DNA of 64,000 nucleotides, from sequence record MN091626.1; one strand, 5' to 3'. The notes below the pieces were generated by a model that was given only the letters and a program-made list of their open reading frames with translations, made no database searches and was not told the DNA's origin. This document shows positions 59,799 through 64,000 of this stretch, in pieces (position 1 is the stretch's first letter; every line of letters begins with the position of its first letter). A program made the position numbers and the translations under genes.

Positions 59799-59945
59799 AA
59801 TGGAAGATCTTCCTTTCAATTATTTTTATTATTCATTATAATGATTATAAGAAATATGTTTTATTTAAGAAATATGAAAAAATTATTGAACCATAATAAC
59901 TTATCTTATATAAGTATGAATCTATAAGGAGATGAGAATTTATTT

Positions 59946-61880
59946 ATGTCTAATCAAGATAATAAATATGAACGTAAAAGAGCTATAACAGGATATTTAG
60001 AAAATTTAATCAAATTAATTAAAATAAGAAAACCTGATATTGATAATGAAAAGTTAATTAATACTTGTAGAGAGTATATTAAAAAACATGTAGATCCAGC
60101 TTTAATAGAAATATCTGGACAAAAAATGAATGTGGATACAACTTTAAGACAAATTATAGATAATAATTTAATTGTAACTGGTTCTGGTTCTATTTATCAG
60201 CCTCAATCACAAAGAAAAAATTTAAATGCAGACATGTTAAAAGACTTTATAGATTCTCGTAAAGTAGCTAAACATAATATGTTTATATATAAAGGTAAAG
60301 ATGATGTTTTACATGATAAATATATGAACGAACAAAAAACAATTAAGATCTTGGCTAACAGTTATTACGGTGCTATGATTCAAAAGAATAGTACATTCTA
60401 TGATGCTAATTCAGGTCCAGCAACTACTTATAGCGGTGTTGATATTGTAACTACTTCAGCAATAGCTTTAGAAAGATTTATAGGTGGAAAAATATTCTTT
60501 ATGAAAATTGATGAAATATATCATTATATATTAAGAATAATTAATGAAAAATATGAAGATCATGATATTAAGATAAAATCAATTCCGACTGATAAAGAAA
60601 TTTTAGAAGGTTTAGTTTCTAATGTTGAAGAAGATTATAGTGAAGAAGAATATCTTAAATTAGAAGAAGTATTTAGTAAATTAAGTCAAGAAGATAAAAA
60701 TAAGGTATATTTCAAAAATAACTTATTTGGTTTAATTGATCATACTGATATATTTGAGAATAAAATTAGTAAAATGACTGGTAGAGAAGATTTCTTAGAT
60801 CCAAACGAACCACCTGAAGATATGATTCCATTATTAGATGAATTATTTGAAATATTAAAAGATTGGGTTATATACAACTATCAAGATTATAATAGAATGT
60901 ATAGAATGAATTACAAGAAACGTAGAAGTGTTCTCACAATTGACACAGATTCAAATTTCGTACACTTAGATCCATTATACGAAAAAATGAAATCATTAAA
61001 ACCTGAAGATTTTCCTCTAGCAGAAAATGGTTTAGAAGATAAATTAGAAGAACGTGTAGGTAATATATCTATTATTAACTATCAAATAACTAAGTTATTA
61101 GAATTATCTTACTATGGATTCTGTAAGGATGTAGGATTAGAAGAAGAACATTTAGGCTTAATATCAATGAAAAATGAATTTTTACTTGATAAACAATTAA
61201 CAACAGATAAAAAGAAAACTTATGCATCATCAGTAATTCAACAAGAAGGTAATTTAATTCAACCTCCAGATTTAGATGTTAAAGGTATGGCTATTAGAAA
61301 AGTTAATACTAATAAACGTATTAGAGAATTATTTACTGAAATATTACAAAAAGATATTTTAGAAAATAAAACTGGTGTAGATCGTATTAAGATAATACGT
61401 AAATTTAAAGATATTGAAGAAATGATTAAGAAATCATTAGATAATGGAGAAATCGAATTCTTAAAACCATTTAAAGCTAATAATGCTGAAGTTTATAAAG
61501 ATCCTTATTCTCAAATGGCTTATAGAGCTGCTTTAGCATGGAATATAATGTTCCCAGAAAAGGAAATAGCACTACCTGCTAAGATATTAGCAGTTAAATT
61601 AAATATTAGTACATTTGGTGATATTAAGAATAAAATAACTGATGAAGATACTTTAAATAGATTTAGAGAAGTATTTAAGAATGAAAGTTTAGTTAAAAAT
61701 GGTTTAAATGTAATTGCAGTCGAAGGTAATACAATTCCTGAAGAGTTTAGACCTTTTATTGACTATGATAGTATGATTGAAGATCATATTAAACCAGGTA
61801 AAGATATTATTGAATCTATAGGAGTTAGAGTATTGGAATCTTCAAATAGCTCATCTGTATCTAATATGATTAAATTCTAA
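59946..61880 (+). CDS. Divergent family-B DNA polymerase chain (split phiKZ/AR9 type)
   Basis: Motif B 'KTIKILANSYYG', motif C 'IDTDSNF', 'KKTYA', 'LDVKGM'; no exonuclease or motif A recognised. Confidence 0.82.
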   Translation: MSNQDNKYERKRAITGYLENLIKLIKIRKPDIDNEKLINTCREYIKKHVDPALIEISGQKMNVDTTLRQIIDNNLIVTGSGSIYQPQSQRKNLNADMLKDFIDSRKVAKHNMFIYKGKDDVLHDKYMNEQKTIKILANSYYGAMIQKNSTFYDANSGPATTYSGVDIVTTSAIALERFIGGKIFFMKIDEIYHYILRIINEKYEDHDIKIKSIPTDKEILEGLVSNVEEDYSEEEYLKLEEVFSKLSQEDKNKVYFKNNLFGLIDHTDIFENKISKMTGREDFLDPNEPPEDMIPLLDELFEILKDWVIYNYQDYNRMYRMNYKKRRSVLTIDTDSNFVHLDPLYEKMKSLKPEDFPLAENGLEDKLEERVGNISIINYQITKLLELSYYGFCKDVGLEEEHLGLISMKNEFLLDKQLTTDKKKTYASSVIQQEGNLIQPPDLDVKGMAIRKVNTNKRIRELFTEILQKDILENKTGVDRIKIIRKFKDIEEMIKKSLDNGEIEFLKPFKANNAEVYKDPYSQMAYRAALAWNIMFPEKEIALPAKILAVKLNISTFGDIKNKITDEDTLNRFREVFKNESLVKNGLNVIAVEGNTIPEEFRPFIDYDSMIEDHIKPGKDIIESIGVRVLESSNSSSVSNMIKF

Positions 61881-61902
61881 ATAATTGAATGAGGTATTTA
61901 TT

Positions 61903-62454
61903 ATGGAAAAATACTATAAATTTAATTTATTTGAGTACATACTGAAAAATATTGGTATGCATTCAGATGAATATGAAAATTTGATAAGTAATATAAATAA
62001 AAATTTTACATCTTTATATTTTTATGACTATGAGATTAATAATAGTGATATAGATAAATTGATATATGATAATATTCAAAAACAATTAATTGATGATAGC
62101 TATTTTTTATTTGAAATCAATAAAGAAGAAAGATTATTAGTTGATTTTGAAAATAACTTTTTATATGATAAATATAATGAGAAAATAGGAATGGTTTCTT
62201 TAAATAGAATTACTTCTTTTGAGAATAAATATAGAGATTTAATATTTATGGAAAAAGAAGATATAAAATATGAAAATTTAATTGATATGGGGTTTAATAT
62301 TGTACCTACTTTTGAAATTTCTACTGTATGTAAAAATAAAATAAATAATTTTAGTTACTTTGGTTTTGATATTAAAGATAATAAAAATAAGCTATTAATT
62401 GAATGTGATGAAAAAGAATTCAAGATAAATAAAGTTAAGAATAATTTTATATAA
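61903..62454 (+). CDS. Hypothetical protein with C-terminal tag
   Basis: GAGGT RBS supports ATG 61903; ends KVKNNFI. Confidence 0.6.
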   Translation: MEKYYKFNLFEYILKNIGMHSDEYENLISNINKNFTSLYFYDYEINNSDIDKLIYDNIQKQLIDDSYFLFEINKEERLLVDFENNFLYDKYNEKIGMVSLNRITSFENKYRDLIFMEKEDIKYENLIDMGFNIVPTFEISTVCKNKINNFSYFGFDIKDNKNKLLIECDEKEFKINKVKNNFI

Positions 62455-62480
62455 ATATTAAAATAAATTTAATAAGGATT

Positions 62481-63224
62481 ATGAATAAGGAGACTTTGAA
62501 TTTTATGTATAAAGAAGATGAAATGAATACAGGTCATATAGTTGCTGATTGTGATGAAGTTTTAGTAAATATTTCCCCTAAGATAGTTCAGTTAATGCAT
62601 GAAGATTTTGATTATTACAATCAATTCTTCAGACTATCTCCAGAGTATAATTACAGTACTCATTACAATACAGTTCTTAATCGTCCTGAATATTATATTG
62701 ACCAATGGTTAGTAAGAAAAGATGTTTATGAAAGATTTTCTGAAGATGAAGTTAATGAAGCTAGAAATAGGTTACAAAATGAAATTATATTTAAAAAAGA
62801 TTTATACGATACATTAGAACCAACAAATTTAGCTAAAAGTTTATCATATACAATCAATACACCTTTAATGAATAGATTATCAATTGTAACTAAAACTTCT
62901 GATAATAACTTAAAATCTAAAGAGAAATTTTTGAAAACTTTATTTAGAGGAAGTATGGAAAAGGTTGATATTTATTATCTTGAATCAGATGAAAAGAAAT
63001 CAGATGTAATTAATACATTAGGTTATGTTACTAGAATATATGAGGATGAAGTTAGTAATATTAAAGACATTATTATGAATTGTGATAATGTTATGCAAAC
63101 TGGTATCGATATTCCTTCATTAGGATATAACCAAAAATTAGATGAAGCAACTATTATGAAAGCTAAAGAAAAAGAAATAGACTTAAATTATTTTAGTTAT
63201 ATGAGTAATAGTTTAGTTAATTAA
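62481..63224 (+). CDS. HAD-superfamily 5'(3')-deoxyribonucleotidase-like phosphatase
   Basis: Motif I 'VADCDEVL', motif II 'SIVTK', Lys 'KEKFL', motif IV 'IYEDEVSN'. Confidence 0.65.
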   Translation: MNKETLNFMYKEDEMNTGHIVADCDEVLVNISPKIVQLMHEDFDYYNQFFRLSPEYNYSTHYNTVLNRPEYYIDQWLVRKDVYERFSEDEVNEARNRLQNEIIFKKDLYDTLEPTNLAKSLSYTINTPLMNRLSIVTKTSDNNLKSKEKFLKTLFRGSMEKVDIYYLESDEKKSDVINTLGYVTRIYEDEVSNIKDIIMNCDNVMQTGIDIPSLGYNQKLDEATIMKAKEKEIDLNYFSYMSNSLVN

Positions 63225-63232
63225 TAATTATT

Positions 63233-63261
63233 GCCATGTTAAGTTTATAGCTTAACATGGC
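63233..63261 (+). terminator. Intrinsic terminator
   Basis: gccatgttaagt / gcttaacatggc followed by tttt. Confidence 0.8.
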
Positions 63262-63313
63262 TTTTATATATTTATTTTTTTTTTATAAAATAAGATTGGA
63301 AGTGAAATGTTAG

Positions 63314-64000
63314 ATGAAAATAGATATGATCAACGTTGATCAAATTATTACAGCCTATGAAGCTAAAGAAGTTACCAATCCTATTTTCTTTGATTCAGGA
63401 ACTTTACCTAAAGAAGACGGTTTATTCTCATATGAAATATTTGGTTTAATAGGTACTGATGAAAGAAAGAACAATGTGGGGTGGATTAATTTAGGTGGTA
63501 AATACTTAAATCCTGTAGCGTATAAAGCTATGAAAGAATTAGATAAGAATATAGATTTATGTATTCAAGGATCTGATTACTTTAAAATTGAAAAAGGACA
63601 ATTAGTTCCAGATGAAAATGGTGAAACTGGATTAAATTTCCTATACGATAATTATGAAAATCTTAAATTTAGAAAAAATGATTCTCGTATCCGAAATGAA
63701 AAAATTGATATGCTTAAAAATACTCCTAAAGATAGAATATTTACAGATAAATGGCTTGTAATACCTGCTTTCTATCGTGACTTTAACCCTAATGAAACTT
63801 CAGGAGAAATTCAAGATACTGAAGAAATAAATGATATGTATGCGAGTATTTTAAGATCTGTAGATTCAATTAGTTTTAACTCATTTGATTTTGTAGCTAA
63901 TACGACTAAATATAATATTCAAAATAAATTATTTGAAATATACGTTAAATTAACTTCAGGTGAACTATCAGGTAAAACTGGTATGATGCAAAGAAATATT
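63314..64000 (+). CDS. RNA polymerase beta' N-terminal subunit (partial, absent from the ORF track)
   Basis: Manual translation MKIDMINVDQ...EDGLFSYEIFG...WLVIPAFYRDF...LSGKTGMMQRNI matches RpoC 'DGLFCERIFG', 'LPVIPPDLRP', 'LKGKQGRFRQNL'; open to window end. Confidence 0.85.
   Translation, partial: MKIDMINVDQIITAYEAKEVTNPIFFDSGTLPKEDGLFSYEIFGLIGTDERKNNVGWINLGGKYLNPVAYKAMKELDKNIDLCIQGSDYFKIEKGQLVPDENGETGLNFLYDNYENLKFRKNDSRIRNEKIDMLKNTPKDRIFTDKWLVIPAFYRDFNPNETSGEIQDTEEINDMYASILRSVDSISFNSFDFVANTTKYNIQNKLFEIYVKLTSGELSGKTGMMQRNI

Noticed and set aside
1-64000. tRNA, rRNA, CRISPR, integrase, phage-nucleus shell or tubulin genes
   Set aside because: None recognised by eye; absence is not proven without tRNAscan and profile searches.

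Overview
Very AT-rich 64-kb slice of a jumbo myophage of the AR9/PBS1/phiKZ-like type (encodes split multisubunit RNA polymerase subunits), most likely infecting Staphylococcus (class Ib nrdHIEF, an IsaA/SceD-like domain, an OatA-like domain). It contains head genes (neck, T4 gp21-like prohead protease, scaffold-like proteins, major capsid), a large terminase split by a group IA2 intron carrying a zinc-finger/EDxHD-type homing endonuclease, a ribonucleotide reductase operon, tail sheath and tube, baseplate genes, and two giant paralogous tail proteins carrying four cell-wall enzyme domains (tail lysozyme, NlpC/P60, M23, OatA-like SGNH). It also contains a RecD/Dda helicase, an HU-like protein, a MoxR-AAA + metallopeptidase/VWA pair, a divergent family-B DNA polymerase chain, a HAD nucleotidase and, cut by the right edge, an RNAP beta' N-terminal subunit. 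Best candidates for undescribed biology: (i) about 11 accessory proteins flanking the AAA/VWA pair share an extreme C-terminal tag ([VI]-[KR]-x-N-[FL]-[KI]-stop and variants); (ii) a virion OatA-like SGNH domain that may de-O-acetylate peptidoglycan for the paralog's lysozyme; (iii) a stand-alone IsaA/SceD N-terminal domain; (iv) an identical promoter+RBS cassette forming inverted repeats; (v) a late promoter placed inside the hairpin that masks the endonuclease RBS; (vi) a candidate intergenic RNA complementary to the capsid mRNA leader. All family assignments come from motif recognition by eye; no searches were run. No tRNA, rRNA or CRISPR array was recognised.
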